From positions 1-64,000 of the forward strand of contig OZ025655.1 of NCBI GenBank assembly GCA_964019335.1: DNA of 64,000 bases. Direction: 5' to 3'. Of the stretch, positions 24,701-37,756 are shown piece by piece. Source of the DNA: Diplonema japonicum. Its lineage: Eukaryota > Protista > Euglenozoa: Diplonemea. Under the pieces are notes generated by a model. The model had not been told where the DNA came from and did not search any database. It saw only the letters and a list, made by a program, of their open reading frames with translations. The number at the start of each line of letters is the position of its first letter. Within the stretch, counting starts at the first letter, position 1. The position numbers and the translations under genes are program-made.

Positions 24701-26163
24701 TCAGAGGTCACAAGAAGAGCGACAGCATTGCCAGAGCAATCAAGTTCATTTGTGCACAAACGGCACCGTTTTGCATCGTCCGTGTTGTTGTAGTCGACGT
24801 GGCCACTGGCGCACTGGTCGCAGTTTGTACCCGAGAAGTGCGGGGGGCATGTACCGCAGTGTACATCAGTCCACTGGGTTCCGCACTCGCAAATACACTG
24901 AGTGGAATTCGCGTTCGGGTAGACGTGACTGGCTCGTCCGTTGCAGTGCTCTTCGGATGTGCACATAGCACAGACAGGGTACCCTACCCTCCCTGGAGCA
25001 CAGGCTCCGCAATCCTTGCTGCTGTCGTAAATAGAATCGCATAAGGTGCAATTTTGCGGAGGGTACCATTGGTTGCGGCACAAACACGTGCAAATCTTAC
25101 CATCAGATGTAGTTGAGTCTGCGTTGCCATTGCAGAGCAGGTGGGTATCACAAAGCGTACAAGCTGGCCAGCTGTGTCTTCCGGTGACACACTGATCGCA
25201 TTGCGTTCCTTGGTACTGGCCTGGGCATACCTCACACTTGCTTCCTGTCCAAGGCACATCACAACCAACACATATACAGCTCAGCTTGTTTATGGACGGC
25301 TCTGCACTAACAGCTCGATTGTTGCAGTAGTCAGCAGTAGTGCACGGCAAACAAGATGGTTTGCTAAACCTCCCTGTGGCGCACTCTGCACAGGATACCT
25401 GCTCGAAACGTGGATCACAATCAGCACAGGTAGGTCCTTCCCAGTAATCAGAACATTGACAGAAACAGTTATTAGGGTCGGTGGGGAGGGTGGTGGCAAA
25501 GGTTGCATGACTGCTGCAGTGCTTGACAGGTGTGCACAGCTCGCACTGCCCCAAAGCGTCCTTTATGTATTGAATATCGCATTCGTTACAGTTGACCCCA
25601 GCGTAACCGACGCTACAGCTCTCGCAGTGGTCGCCTTCCCAGTGGGTGCTACATGAACACTTGCACGTGTCCATTTGCACATAAGCAGTGCCTCTTCCAT
25701 TACAGTGCTCTGTAGGGCTGCATCTTATGCACTTCGGATATGTGATGTACCCGGCAGCACACTCATTGCAGAAGTCCCCATCATAAGGGAGGTCGCATAT
25801 GTCACAGGCACCGCCGGTCCACTGGTTCCTGCAGCGACAGCTACAGTCCATATCTACGGTCGCAGTCTGCGTTTCTGTATGGGTGATCGTAGGTGTGGGC
25901 GTGGGTGGGTACCAGCACGTGCAATTAGAAAACAGAGTAGAACAGTCGTGTGCCATGGGCTCGACGTACCCGTTGTCGAAGCAGCTACCCCTAAGCTGAT
26001 TGGTGTTCCACAACCATATCGTATAACCTGCACACCTTCCTACATCTGATAGTGAAGCGTCGCTGTTGTCCTCCCTCTGGGCGCAGTACTTTCCGGGCAG
26101 CACTCTCACCTTTCCAGCAGCTGCATGACCGCAAAGGGCCAATAATATAAAGAGCCTAAACAT
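21790..26163 (-). CDS. Signal peptide + tandem laminin-type EGF repeats + multi-pass TM domain, with B-box-like Zn finger in a loop; 3 introns
   Basis: About 10 Cys-rich CxCxxxWxGxxCxxC units; TM region with FGFLYVNYRKGYYYWESVVLLRK motif typical of protist EGF-multi-TM proteins. Confidence 0.8.
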
Positions 26164-26278
26164 AAGTCATATTCTCCTGCTTTCTGATTTAAAGTACACC
26201 CGATAGAAAATATGATACTGAACCTGACATGTCATGACATGGATGATAATCTCTTAGTTGTTGTTTCGTATGTTGATT

Positions 26279-27253
26279 TTACAACAACCTCCGCTTTTTA
26301 GCTGTGTTCGTGTATGGTGAAAGCTGCCACTCTGTCTCTGCCTCTTTCATATCGGCGGTGCCTGTGTTGCTTGCGTTTTGAAAAGCCGGAGGGCATACCC
26401 AATTTTATGAGGTACGGACGCAACTCAAAGCGTGGGCCGATCTCAGTCAAAGTAACATCCTTCCCCTTCTTGATGAATGTGTGCTGACGGAATGATATGT
26501 AATCAGATGTGTTGTCATATGATATTACACGCGTGCTGTCCTTTCGTGGCACCTAGGGGCAGGGATTATTTACAAAAGGCTGAGCATACCGGGAACAGAT
26601 GCTGCAACACACTCTTGATTCTTTCGCCGAGCCTTGTGCTGAAGTTTTCAAAAACGAGGTGCGGCAACTGCTGGCTCATGGGACCGCACCCCTCGATGTC
26701 GTGGCGCATAACTGTTCCGTGGATACCGAAGTGGACAGTGGGCCCAAGAGGGAGATGGCACACAACGAGCTCGCTGGGCTCACCACGCTGTTCATGCACA
26801 AAAATCACATCAGAAAACTTTGAAGACCTCGCCTGCTCTATTATCTCCGGGACGCCTGTCGACCCCCTGTTCATCCTCTGTGAGTTTGGGACAACCAGTC
26901 TCATCTCCTTTGCAAACGTCGTCAGCTTCTGGCTCGGCGCATGCGATGTCGTGATCAACACCTTCGGGTCTTCGATACCTGCCGTTGCATACTCGTCATC
27001 GATGTGCGTCTTCAGCTCTGCCGTCTGATCGTCATCAAGCTCCAGCCGCTCCTTATCCTGTCTAGCGAAAGTCCTCAAATGCTTTGGAATCGGCTGCTTG
27101 TTATCCAAAGCCTGTTGGTGTTGTACTACATTTTCCCACGACACGACATACCTCCTTCAACTGCATCTTCCTGTCGTGTATAAAATCCCTCTTTCTATCC
27201 TCACTCTTCGCAGTGAGGTACTCCTTCCTCATCCGGGAATATTTCCGAAGCAT
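26279..27253 (-). CDS. IMP4: U3 snoRNP protein IMP4 (Brix domain); 3 introns (40, 37, 37 nt)
   Basis: THIDDEYA, PKVLITTSH.PS..L..FAKE, CHLPLGPT, ISFRQH, LTEIGPRFELRPY, EWQLSPYTNTAKKR. Confidence 0.95.
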
Positions 27254-27355
27254 CTTGCCTATCCAATCTGTAAAGAAGTAAAAAATAATGTGCAAAACAA
27301 AGACCATAAAATAGACTACATAAAATAGCATGATGCGGAAGCACCATATGAGCAT

Positions 27356-29434
27356 CTAGCTTACCCACTGTCTAGGCCTGTAGCGAAGTGCCTTAAGCCG
27401 ATCCTTTCGCACATGATGGATACACTGCTGGTGCAATCTGATGTGCGTTGCCTCCGACCGCTGTGTGTTGCAAGGAACCTGAACCTCCGATAGATGCTCA
27501 GCACCATCGACGTGGATACCTTTGTCGAGGAGCAACACACCCCAGTCGGTCTTGTGCAGACCCATCGAAAAAGTCAGGGATGTCTCCTCCTCGGTAAATG
27601 AAGATTCTGAGGCTGAAGGAGGCACCGACTCAGGCTGACTTTGGGGTTCGCGCACTGGCTCCCTATTAACCTTTTGGCGGTGCTTTACTGGTGGGCCGAA
27701 GAAGGACATCAATACAGATGAGCTCACTGACTCCGTCACCTCAGACACCATGGGTGTGCCGATAACTGGCTGAGGCACAGCACAATGCACTCGCCTCTTC
27801 CGCCGCAATGGCTTCAGTTCTCCCCGTCGGTAGTCCCTAAGCGACTGCAACCAGTCACCCACCTTTAGACAATCCCCAGGCTCCCGTGTTTCTGCAACAG
27901 CCAAACTGTGAACAGCCTGCAACGAACTCTGCATAGGCATGACCCAATCCTCTAGAAGCAACCTTGTCTGCGGCGGTGCCATGGGCTCGATTGTCCGATT
28001 AAAAGCTGTGTTGTATTGCGCGCTGACGTGTGCCCCTACACTGGTGTCCGTCGCAATAGACGAATCAGAGAAGCTTGACGTGGGGGACGAAATACCCTCC
28101 AAACGGCGCTCGTTCCACCAGCCGTCGAAAGGCAATTTCGGTGCAGCACGATCATTAAGCATTTGTAAATGGTTGAAGGGCTGGTTCAAGAGATCACGCT
28201 TGTGTGGCAGATAAGTCTCGAGGCGTATCTTCAAGAGTTCTTTCATCGCGTGCTTCAGGCACTTGCTCTCTGTCTTCAACGACCTCTGCTTTAGCCTTTT
28301 ATACAGTCCCGGTAGTATTCGCCTTCTGAAAAACCACCCGCGCCACAAAGCCTGTAATGCTGAAACACGCTTATTTAACATGTTCAAGTGACCTTCCAAC
28401 TCTGTGACTCTCTTTCTGTGTCTCATCCGCCGGAACCACCGCTGAATAACGTTCGGCGCTACCCGCTGTGCGTCTGGCCTGACAGCCCGCCGTAGACACG
28501 ACCGAGCCCACGCTTGTATTCTAATACAGCTGTCCAGCCTTTCTTTCCGCTGTATGCACAGATTTGCCACAACGCTCCTCCCAGAAGCACCCCTGTGTGC
28601 ACGCTGGATGGTGCCTGCCGCCATACGGCGCTGCTTCGTCACTCTTAACGACCTCCTTACCTTGTAATGAAACAAACAACCCATCTTGGAAATCACAGGC
28701 TCACTATCAATCACAATCCCGCTTTCGATCGCGAGCGGCGACCCTCGGATAGCGTTAACCTTACTACGCCTGCGGGCTGTGTAGCCCCTCCACGTCTTCT
28801 GGATACGTACGGCACTCATCCTAATCTGCTGGCGGTACTCGTGCTCTTTCGATACCCTGCTGTCATGGCACAAATGTAACACATACCTCGTTGCCTCTTC
28901 CTTGGCCATCACTGCACACCACCACTTGACAATACGGAAAACTGCCTCCTTCTTGCGCTGAGCACTCCTCGCTATGTGTCCACGATGCACTCTCTGGATA
29001 TCTAGTGCAGCTGCATACCGTGCCGCAGGAGACAGGTCCAGCCCGTTCGGTCCCTGTGCTGTGCTGCAGGCACACTGACATACCTTCTCGTAAGACCTTG
29101 AGATCAACTGGCGCATGCTGCGCTCAGTGCTCTCGACTTCAAACCCCGTCGGCCTACCCTCCCACAGCTGTGCGGTTCACAAAAACCAAATACATACTAG
29201 CTGTAACATTATGTACATCTCTGCATTTCTATTCTTTCGAAAGCTGCTCAATGTCTTCAAGGGATTCCGACTGCCCAGACTTCCGCCCTTGCATAGTGTC
29301 TGCAACAGGCAGATGCTTTCCTTTTCGCTTTTCTCGTTATGCTCGTCCCCGCTGTCCAGTTGCGAATCTGGAAAAGTGTCCTCGGTTTCGCACTCGGTGT
29401 CTACCTCAAGGCTCTCATCTCCGGACCCCTCCAT
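27356..29434 (-). CDS. IQ-motif (calmodulin-binding) protein; one 30-nt intron
   Basis: IQRVHRGHIAR, IQKTWRGYTAR, IQRAHRG, IQAWARS, IQRWFRR, LQALWRGW. Confidence 0.75.
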
Positions 29435-29520
29435 CTGCAAACTGAGGAGAAAAAGAAACAAGTCCTGAATAAAAATTCAATACTAGCTACGTACGTGACA
29501 AACTACCTTGATAAAGGTGG

Positions 29521-32127
29521 CTACCTTCTCTTCTTGTTCAAGCTTGGCAGCTTGGAAGAAACCCCCTTCTTATTTCTTCTGAGGTTATTCACAACAGCGT
29601 CAACACTCGCCTTGGAGAGCATGGAAGAGACCACTTCAGCAGTTGTGACTGTAGAGCCGGGATTACGAGAGACAAGAAGCTTGTGCAAGTCTCCAACGTA
29701 ATCCACCTCAGTCGGCCTTCCCTTCCCCTCATCTTCTGTTACATCATTGGTGTCGTATTTCTCCACTCGCCTTACGACAGCTGCTTCCTCTGCCAGAAGC
29801 TCAGGGTCAATAACTACTTTGCTTCTGTACTTCTCCTCCCGCTCCGCTTGCACCTCGCTGATGAGCTCATCCTGCCGCTCCTTCTTCTTCGCAGATAGCG
29901 CTTTCATCCTTCTTAGGAAGGCATCTTCTACAGGTGTGAATTGCTTTGACGTGACTTTTTGTGCAATCGACCTGAATAGTTTCTTTGATGAATCTTTTAG
30001 CGAATCGCCTTCAGAAGGAATACTCCGCAGTAGATCACCACACCACAAAATGCACCGCCTATAGAGGTGAAACTATTTGACCACATACATGGAGTACTTC
30101 AGCATGTCCGAGGTAGCGCTCTTCTTGTCTGCAGTGGGCGGACTGAATTGGAAAAAAGCGGCCATCTCCTCTTGAAGAAGCACAACGGCGTTCATGAGAC
30201 GCCGTGCTAGCTCCTGATCATCGGAGGGGAACCCGAGCCTGACCTTCTCTTCCTTCGGAGCAGCTGTCTGCACACCGAGAGACCGCACCTCCTTAGCAAG
30301 GGACACTGCAGGAACCTCAACCACAGCTTCGGGAACGTAATCTGTACAACAAGCAACATCTACGACATCAGGCTGTGTGCTGCATGGCGCCTCCTGCTGA
30401 CTGTCAGTGTTCTTGCACAGCTTCACAAAACTATTAAGAATCTGCACCTGCGATAGACGCAGGCCAATAGCAACATCTTCCAGCTGCTGCTGAAATAGGT
30501 TCTTAAGACACCTCCACGGTGCTGCATCGTGAAAATCGGATGTGTTGTCCTTGAAATAGATATTGGTATCGCGCAAAGAGGCGTGGAAAGAGCTGCCAAA
30601 GTTCATTATGCCCTGCCATCCAACATGGATGCTCTCCATTAGGAGACCCTTGGGGTCCATTGTGTTTTCAACCTGTTCTTCAAGTGACTGGTGCTGCGGG
30701 CCGACCTCCTCGGCTATCCTTGCATTAATCTCGATAAAAGCCTGATGTGTACCCAGACCACCTTGCTCATAATAAGCCCATGACAGCCTTTCCTCCCATT
30801 CCATCAAATGTTTCTCGTATACGTGACATATGTTTCTAATTCTCCTTCTTACAGGCCGAGGCCTCTCAACTACATGAACAACTTCCTTCACCACGTCGTT
30901 TTTTAGCATATCTGTCTGCACGCCCCTTTCACTTGTCACAGTTGGCAAACACGCCACCACCTGCTCATCTGGCTCTTCGTTATGACGTTCCTTCTGTGCA
31001 GCCTCTGCAGCCTCCTTTGCTTCGGCCACTTCTCGTGTAGCGGCTTCAAGAAGTGCATTTACGCTATCAATTCTAGCTTGCAAATAACCTGTCTGAGCAA
31101 CAGCATGTTTGCAATTGTCCCTCTCAGCAGAGTGCTGATTCTTTAGTTCCAGTAGCTCATTCTTGTACCCTTCTATGATCTTGTTCTCCTGGTCATTGAA
31201 GCTCTTCATTGCTGCTGCGTTCTTGGAAACCTCTTCCTCCAAGTGCATCTCAAGCTCCTTAATGCGCCGTTCCATTTGCTCTCTGTTTGCTCTCCTGTGC
31301 TCTTCGGCTTTACGCATCACCTCGAGCTTTTTCGTGATCCACAGCGAAACCCGCACAGCAAGGTTATGTGTGGCCAGCAAAGCGTCTTCCATTATTTGGT
31401 TGATGCCAATAAACTCATTTAGCCTGGAACGCAGGCTGCGCACCTCCTGCTTGAGAGATGCCTTATCACTGAGGCCCTTTGTCTGAGCAGTAGGACGTGT
31501 GAGGGATGGATCCATGGTAAGTTGTATCCTCATCGCCTTAATGAGATAAATGAGGTCGGCCACAGGCATGGCAAGGGCATCGCGCTCGTCCTCAATGAAC
31601 TGCTGCTCCTGTCGCTCATCAGAGGAGTCCGAGAGCTGGTCCTCGTTGTCTTCGGGCCTAGGGAGGTCATGCTTCGACTTGCGCATCGTTACCGGTATGG
31701 AGTCAAAGTCAGCACGATTGTCCAGAAGGTCATCGGCATCTGCATGCAGCCTGTTCTCTGTTGCTTGGTTATCTGCCTCGAGCGCGTTTAGTATGTAGCT
31801 GATATTGTTGAAAATGGTGTGCCCCTCTGTCTCATTCTCACGCCGGCTTCTTATCAACTTCTTCAGTCGCTTCAACTTACCATGCATATCACCAGGATCT
31901 GCCATCCCACGAACCTGCCCGGTTCCAAATAACGTGTCCGCAAACTGCGTCTTGCGTCGAAACACACATGACCCCTGGACCTCTTCGCGCCCTTCCCCGG
32001 GCAAGCTGTCCTCCTCTGACCCTTCCGAGACTTCATCAACGGAATCATCAGTGACACACCCTTCAACCCACGTTTCATATCTTATAATACTCTGCGGCCT
32101 TCTTGACACGAAGCCAAGTCTTGCCAT
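29521..32127 (-). CDS. Hypothetical coiled-coil protein; one 30-nt intron
   Basis: Long ORF plus GTATG...TATAG intron joining ORF 29521-30048; poly-Y/CAG acceptor just before the ATG. Confidence 0.7.
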
Positions 32128-32170
32128 GCCTGTGTGGCTTGTAAAGATGCGAGAAAGGAAGTACAGTAGG
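32128..32170 (-). promoter_or_regulatory. Representative putative trans-splice acceptor (polypyrimidine tract + CAG) occupying a 43-nt spacer
   Basis: TAG-CCTACTGTACTTCCTTTCTCGCATCTTTACAAGCCACACAG-GC-ATG; similar tracts precede ATGs at 29434, 39658, 60183, 61716. Confidence 0.55.
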
Positions 32171-33674
32171 CTACATCTGTGGTATCTTTAACATTAGCAA
32201 AGCAAAAGCCTCGAAAGGCATCTTTCCGTCAACCAGTAGGTTGTATTTCTCAAGTGTGCCCTGATTGTTCCCTACTCTCTCACCGAATGAATCGAGATAC
32301 TTCTTTTCAAGCGTCAGAAAATCACTGTACTGGATGAAGCCACTCTCGTCAGCATCAAACTTCCCGAACTCTTCCCTGAGCTGCCCTTCCGTGAGGCACA
32401 GGTTTCCTATGTTGTTCTGCAATATCTTAGTGTCGAAGTTATCGATGTGTGCAGGGAGCTGCTTCAGCTTGTTCTTCCTGGTTGTGATGACAGCGTGGTC
32501 ATACCCACTGCGCCACATCTCTAGCAGTGAGGCAACCTGGTACGACAGGCGGTCCTTTGCAACTTGAGTGGGGGTTTCCCCCCTGTTATTCACCTCAAAA
32601 TGCGCCCCAGCTGACAACAGCAACTTCACTAGCTCACAGTCTGTCGTGTCACACCTTGCAGCAACATGGAGTGCAGTATCTCGATCGACGCTCATTAAAT
32701 CCAGCGCGGCCTAGGGACGGTGTGCTCGTGCTTGTCCCATACCTCCGCCTCGTTGATGAGGTAGTCCAATAGCTGCACCACGCGCTTGTAGTCCCTCATA
32801 GATATACCCTCTGGTATCTCCACGGCATAGTGCAGTGGTGTCTTTCTGGCATTGTCGCGTGCATCGACATGGATGCCACGGCACCTTGTAACAAGCGTCT
32901 TGACAAACCGCAGGTCTCCTTTGCACCTACCTGTGAGAGGTTCTAACGCCAATTAAATACCCATGCAAGCCGTGTGCAAGGCGGTGCGCCCTTCTAAGTC
33001 TTTGATATTCTGAGCGTGTGCGCTGTGTTATATTGCTTACTACCTCTATCATACTAACTGGTACTTGCTTCCTGCGAAGCGAACCAACCAAGCAGCAGCT
33101 CTCCGAGCTCAATACAGAAAATCTCTTGCCCGGCTATTGCCCATGGCAGCAACATGTCCAAGTGCTTTGGGACTTGGACTCCCACCTCTACTTCGACGGT
33201 TATTGTGGCAATATCTGTAAAGCTATAGACCACAATGTACCATTTCTCCTGCACCGAGCCGAGATTGAACACGATCTCCTCTTCCCCGAGAGATGCCTGC
33301 CAACGTGTGTCCCGCGTGTCAATATTCCTGGGGTCTTGTGTTCCCAACATCTCCATGTGTAACATCCCCGAAGCTGGCGTGACGCACCCGCCACACGCCC
33401 TCACAGAAACGCGCATGCTGCCATGTGAACTGCCATCGATGAGGAAAACCGCTTTACAAGAAGCAGGCAGGTCTTTCTTTTCCATAATCAACGAATCACT
33501 CGCGACCTTCGAGATGCTGTCTCCTTCTTCACTACTCGCCGTTGTTCCGTACAACGCATACTCGACTTCACTGTCCACTGCTATCCTCTCCTGCACTACA
33601 GCATGCTGCTTAGTCTGGGATTTCGCAGGTTCAGCAGCTTCAGCATTTTTGTATATTGCATAATTCACTGCCAT
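32171..33674 (-). CDS. Ankyrin-repeat protein with C-terminal EF-hand; 3 introns (32, 30, 32 nt)
   Basis: EGRTALHTAC (seen only after splicing), KTPLHYAV, DTALHVAA, GETP; EF loop DADESGFIQYSDF. Confidence 0.75.
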
Positions 33675-33735
33675 TCACCCCTAGGGTAGGTTGATAAAAT
33701 AGGTCCGCAATCAAATATATGTACAACTCATTGTG

Positions 33736-34407
33736 CTAAGGGTTCTGCAGCAGCTCTCGAGCAAACATGTCATTCAGTCGGTGGTGCCGCTCAGAGATAG
33801 AATGAGATAGAGATCGCACACTATCATCCACTAATTCATTGCCATGCGAGATCAGAGCATTGAGTGTTCGAAGGCCTGGGGTGCCGACAGGAGGAGGTGG
33901 CGACGCAGGGCGCGGACGCGCCTCGCAACTGCGTTGCTTCCAGCTCGGAGTGGAATCAACTCGCGCACATGAAGGAGGTTGAGGAGAGAGGGGAAGGTCT
34001 CTACGGGGCATCGGGGCACCGTAGGGGTTGTGGCTGGGACCGTTGGTCATGTGCCCGCTTCCGCGGGATGATGCGGTTTCCCAGGGACCAAGTACAATGT
34101 GCTTCGGCGGCAGGGGCTCTGGAACAGGTGTGGGAGATGCTTTGTTCAACGGCTCATGAAGATAAGGGGTTCTGCCCGACTCGGGAAGCCGGTAGGAATC
34201 CCTTGCCGCACCAGCGGGGCGCAGGTACTGAAACACCTAAATAGAATCACACAACACAAACCTCTTTCATACCTGCTTCTCTAACGGTCGGAAAGAATGA
34301 GACTGCAACACCATTGGCCTCTCAGGGACGCCAACACGAACACCCGCGTCCGTCATGGCCTGCAGAATTTCACTGTTGTCCATGTACCTTACTGGCTGGT
34401 AGCTCAT
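33736..34407 (-). CDS. Hypothetical Pro-rich protein; one 36-nt intron
   Basis: Exon MSYQPVRY...LEKQ joined in frame to ORF 33736-34236. Confidence 0.6.
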
Positions 34408-35051
34408 GTCACGCCATGTTCCTGTAATAGTGGTGCAAGAAAAAGAGCAGCGAAAAGCGTTTTTGACACAATACTAAAACCTGAATGAAGAAAACAAGAA
34501 GAAAAAAAAAGAGGCGTTTAAAAAGGCAAAAAGGAAGAAAGAAAAAAAAGGGTAAAGAAAAAGAGAGGGGGGAATATTCAACGGGGGCGGGAGAGAGGGG
34601 GACAAAGACAAAGGGAATGGGGAACTATAAAGGCACAGGACAAAGTCAGAGAGAAAAAAAAAAGGGGGGAACTGTCCCAAACGGTACTGTAAGGGAGCTA
34701 AGAAAAATAAGATAAAAAAAAGGCAAAAAGAAAAAAATAATGTAAGGTTCTTTTTTCCTTTCTTCCGCTATTTCTTTCTGGATGGCCTTACGGGCCGCCT
34801 GAGCACAGATGAACCTAAGGATCCTGCTGGTGTTAGTCAAGAGTCAGCATATTCTCTATGGATGTCGACGTTACCTGCGGACCATCTAAGTGCCTTACCA
34901 ACTGATACAGAGGAGGGGCAAACTTGGGAAAGGGGAAACACAAAAAAAAAAGGGGGTAAATTAAAGCAAAACCATATCAGACAAAAGACAGTCCAGTTCC
35001 ACTTGCTGGACTATGAACTAACGTCCTTTGTCACACACAGAAGACTTACAT

Positions 35052-37689
35052 CTACTTCTTTGTCATTGCCCAGACACCATCCCAGTTCTCCTTTGGGCTG
35101 ATGCTGGGATCAGCCATGAGGCTTTTGCATCTTTCGGAGAAGGAAATTGATGGACCGTCGTTGGCGCAGACAGGCCCTTCAAACACATCCAGTGCCTCCT
35201 TCCACTTCCTCGACCTATACAGCGCCAGCCCCCGTGCGAACTCGTTGTTGATGTCCTCCTGCTCACTGCTGATGGGAAAGTCCCCTCCGTTGGTGCCCTG
35301 TAATTCATATATCTTGACGGGCTTCTTCTTACCCACCACCTTTATCCAGTCGATCTCCCTGACGACCACCTTGCCCTTCGTTGCCTCATATGTGAACTCC
35401 GTGATGAGGATCCTGACCCTGTACTCCTTTGTTGCGCCCTCTACACGTGACGCAAGGTTCACGCCGTCTCCTATCACCGTGTACTCCATCCTCTTTTCGA
35501 ACCCTATGTTCCCCGCCACGACCTCACCTGTGTTTACACCAATCCCCATATTGATAGGCTTCAGGCCTTGCTTCGCTCTGTCTTCGTTCCACTTCTTGAG
35601 CCGCGAGCACATGAGCAACGCAGAGATACACACGGCTAAGGCATCGTCAGAGGAGCTGAAAGGCACGCCATACACCGCCATCACAGCATCGCCAATGTAT
35701 TTGTCGACAATCCCGCCATACTCAAGCACTGCGCTGCCCATCAGCTGGAAGTAATGGTTGAGGGTCTCCACTACCGCAGGGGCGTCCAGCGCCTCACTCA
35801 GTCCCGTGAAGTTGCGGATATCAACGAACAACACGGATACAGGCAGCTGCTGCCCCCCAAGCTGAGTCCCGCCACCTTCAAGCGCTGCTGCTGCTAGCTC
35901 TGGCGACAAGTACTTCCCAAGAGTGGCCATCATCTTCTTTTCGTGCGAGATGTCCTCCAGCAGTACAACAACACCGTTCTGCTCACCTTCGAAATTCCGC
36001 AGTGCCATCGTTGTGTAGTTTATTTCGAGCTTCTCGTCGTTCTCCATCGCGTACACGAAATCGCTCACATGCCCGTCCCTCCCTGCCTGGAAGCACGAGG
36101 TGATGCTCTCCCTCAGCAGACCATTAACGTAACTGTCTCCAGCCAAGCTTTTAATATTGCTTGCCCTCCGCGACATGTCAGGTTCGCTGCAGCCCAATTT
36201 TGACTGGAACCACTCTGTGTATGGTGCACTCCTCATCATCTCTTCCGTGAGGTCGATCCCCCACTTCACAGGGTCGTGGTTTATGTTGATCAACTTGCCG
36301 TCTTTATCCAGAGTTAGGATGAGTGCCTTAATGGATGACAGCACGCTTTGGAAGAGATTCTTACTTTCTTCTGTTTTCTTGAATAAGAGGGAATTTTCGA
36401 TGGCTACAGCGGCCTGAGCAGAGAGAGCAGCAAGAAGCTTCTGGTCATGTACCTTGAAGGGGCTACCATCCTTCTTGTTAATCATCTGAGTAACACCGAT
36501 AATATCGCCCTGCCTGTCTTTCATGGGCATTGTGAGCATGGAATTTGTTTTGTATCCTGTCTGTTGGTCGATGTCCTTGTTGAAGCGTCTGTCAGCGTAG
36601 GTGTTAGAGATGTTCAGGGCTTCTCCTGTGGAGGCCACAGTCCCTGCGATACCCGAGTTCAGCGGTATCCTAATCTCGTCCGTTCCGTCGGCAACCGAAC
36701 TCCATAACTGAATTTGTTTGTTGCTAAAATAAAGACACAATGACACTACATACCTCATCATGCTCTTTGTCCACCAGGAACAGCGTCGAGCGATCGGCCT
36801 CAAGAAGGTCACGCGACACTGCCATAATGGTTCTGATGAGGGAGTTGACTTCCAGCTCGCTTGCCAGCCTCCTTGCAACGTCCAGCAGGACGCTTACCTG
36901 GTTGGAAGTGCTGTCAAGCCCCTCTTTCATCCGCCTGCAAACTAGGAATGGTGCTGATCGCACACAAAAGGCGTCCAACGCCTCGCACTCGAAGTCAACC
37001 AGCGGGGTGCTTCTTGCTACCACTGAAACAGCTATGACCTCGTCTCTGTTGAAAATCGGAGAGGCGCTGAGGCACATCCCCTTCCCGAAGATGATGGAGT
37101 CAGCTTCTGAAACACTGCCATGCACAGGCTTCTGTGTGCTTGCTGCCGTGCCTACGACGCCTCGCCCGCTAAGACGGTTCTCAGGCTTCAAGGGGTCGAA
37201 GAGCATGTTGTTGTCTGTGTCGCAGATGTAGATGAAGGTCTTATCTACTTTAAACAGGGTACGCATCTCCTGAGCCAGCTGGGCATAAAGTGCATCGATC
37301 GGCTCCCCCTCGGGGCCGAACAGCGTTGCCACGTCGCTCGTTGCGTTCCGTGGGCTCTCGGAGTGTTTCGTCAGCCTTGTAAACATGGCTTTGCCCAGCT
37401 CACGACGCTGCTGCGGAGGGGCTGCTTCACAGAAGTCCATAAATTCCTCTTCAGAATAGGTGCCTGCCTTCACTGCATTTAGGATGGAGTCCATTGTATG
37501 GTGAGATGGGCTCGATGCCGTGCTGCTGGCTTCCTCCTTGCTCGTCTCGCTGACCTCTTTCCACACGTCCATCTTACATGAAGGTCTGCTTGACAACACC
37601 CGCCGTAATATGGTGTCTATCACGTTTGGCAAATCAACCTTACTCATGTAGGCAGCATTCTCGATGAACACCCGCTGCCTGTCCGTCAT
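35052..37689 (-). CDS. Soluble class III adenylate cyclase, D/D-like helix-GAF-GAF-PAS-cyclase-TPR (CyaB-type); intron 36708-36753
   Basis: GAF (ADRSTLFLVD, DRRFNKDIDQQTGYKTNSMLTMP, INKKDG.F...D); catalytic LFVDIRNFT, DKYIGDAVMA, EYTVIGDGVNLASRVE; C-terminus WDGVWAMTKK. Confidence 0.9.
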
Positions 37690-37756
37690 TTTGACCTGTG
37701 GTAAGCCTGGCTTGTGAAAAACAAAGATAATAGTAATCGTAATATCTGATTAACAT

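Noticed and set aside
32695-32697. TAATG coupled stop/start
   Set aside because: Artefact; a 32-nt intron joins both ORFs into one ankyrin gene.
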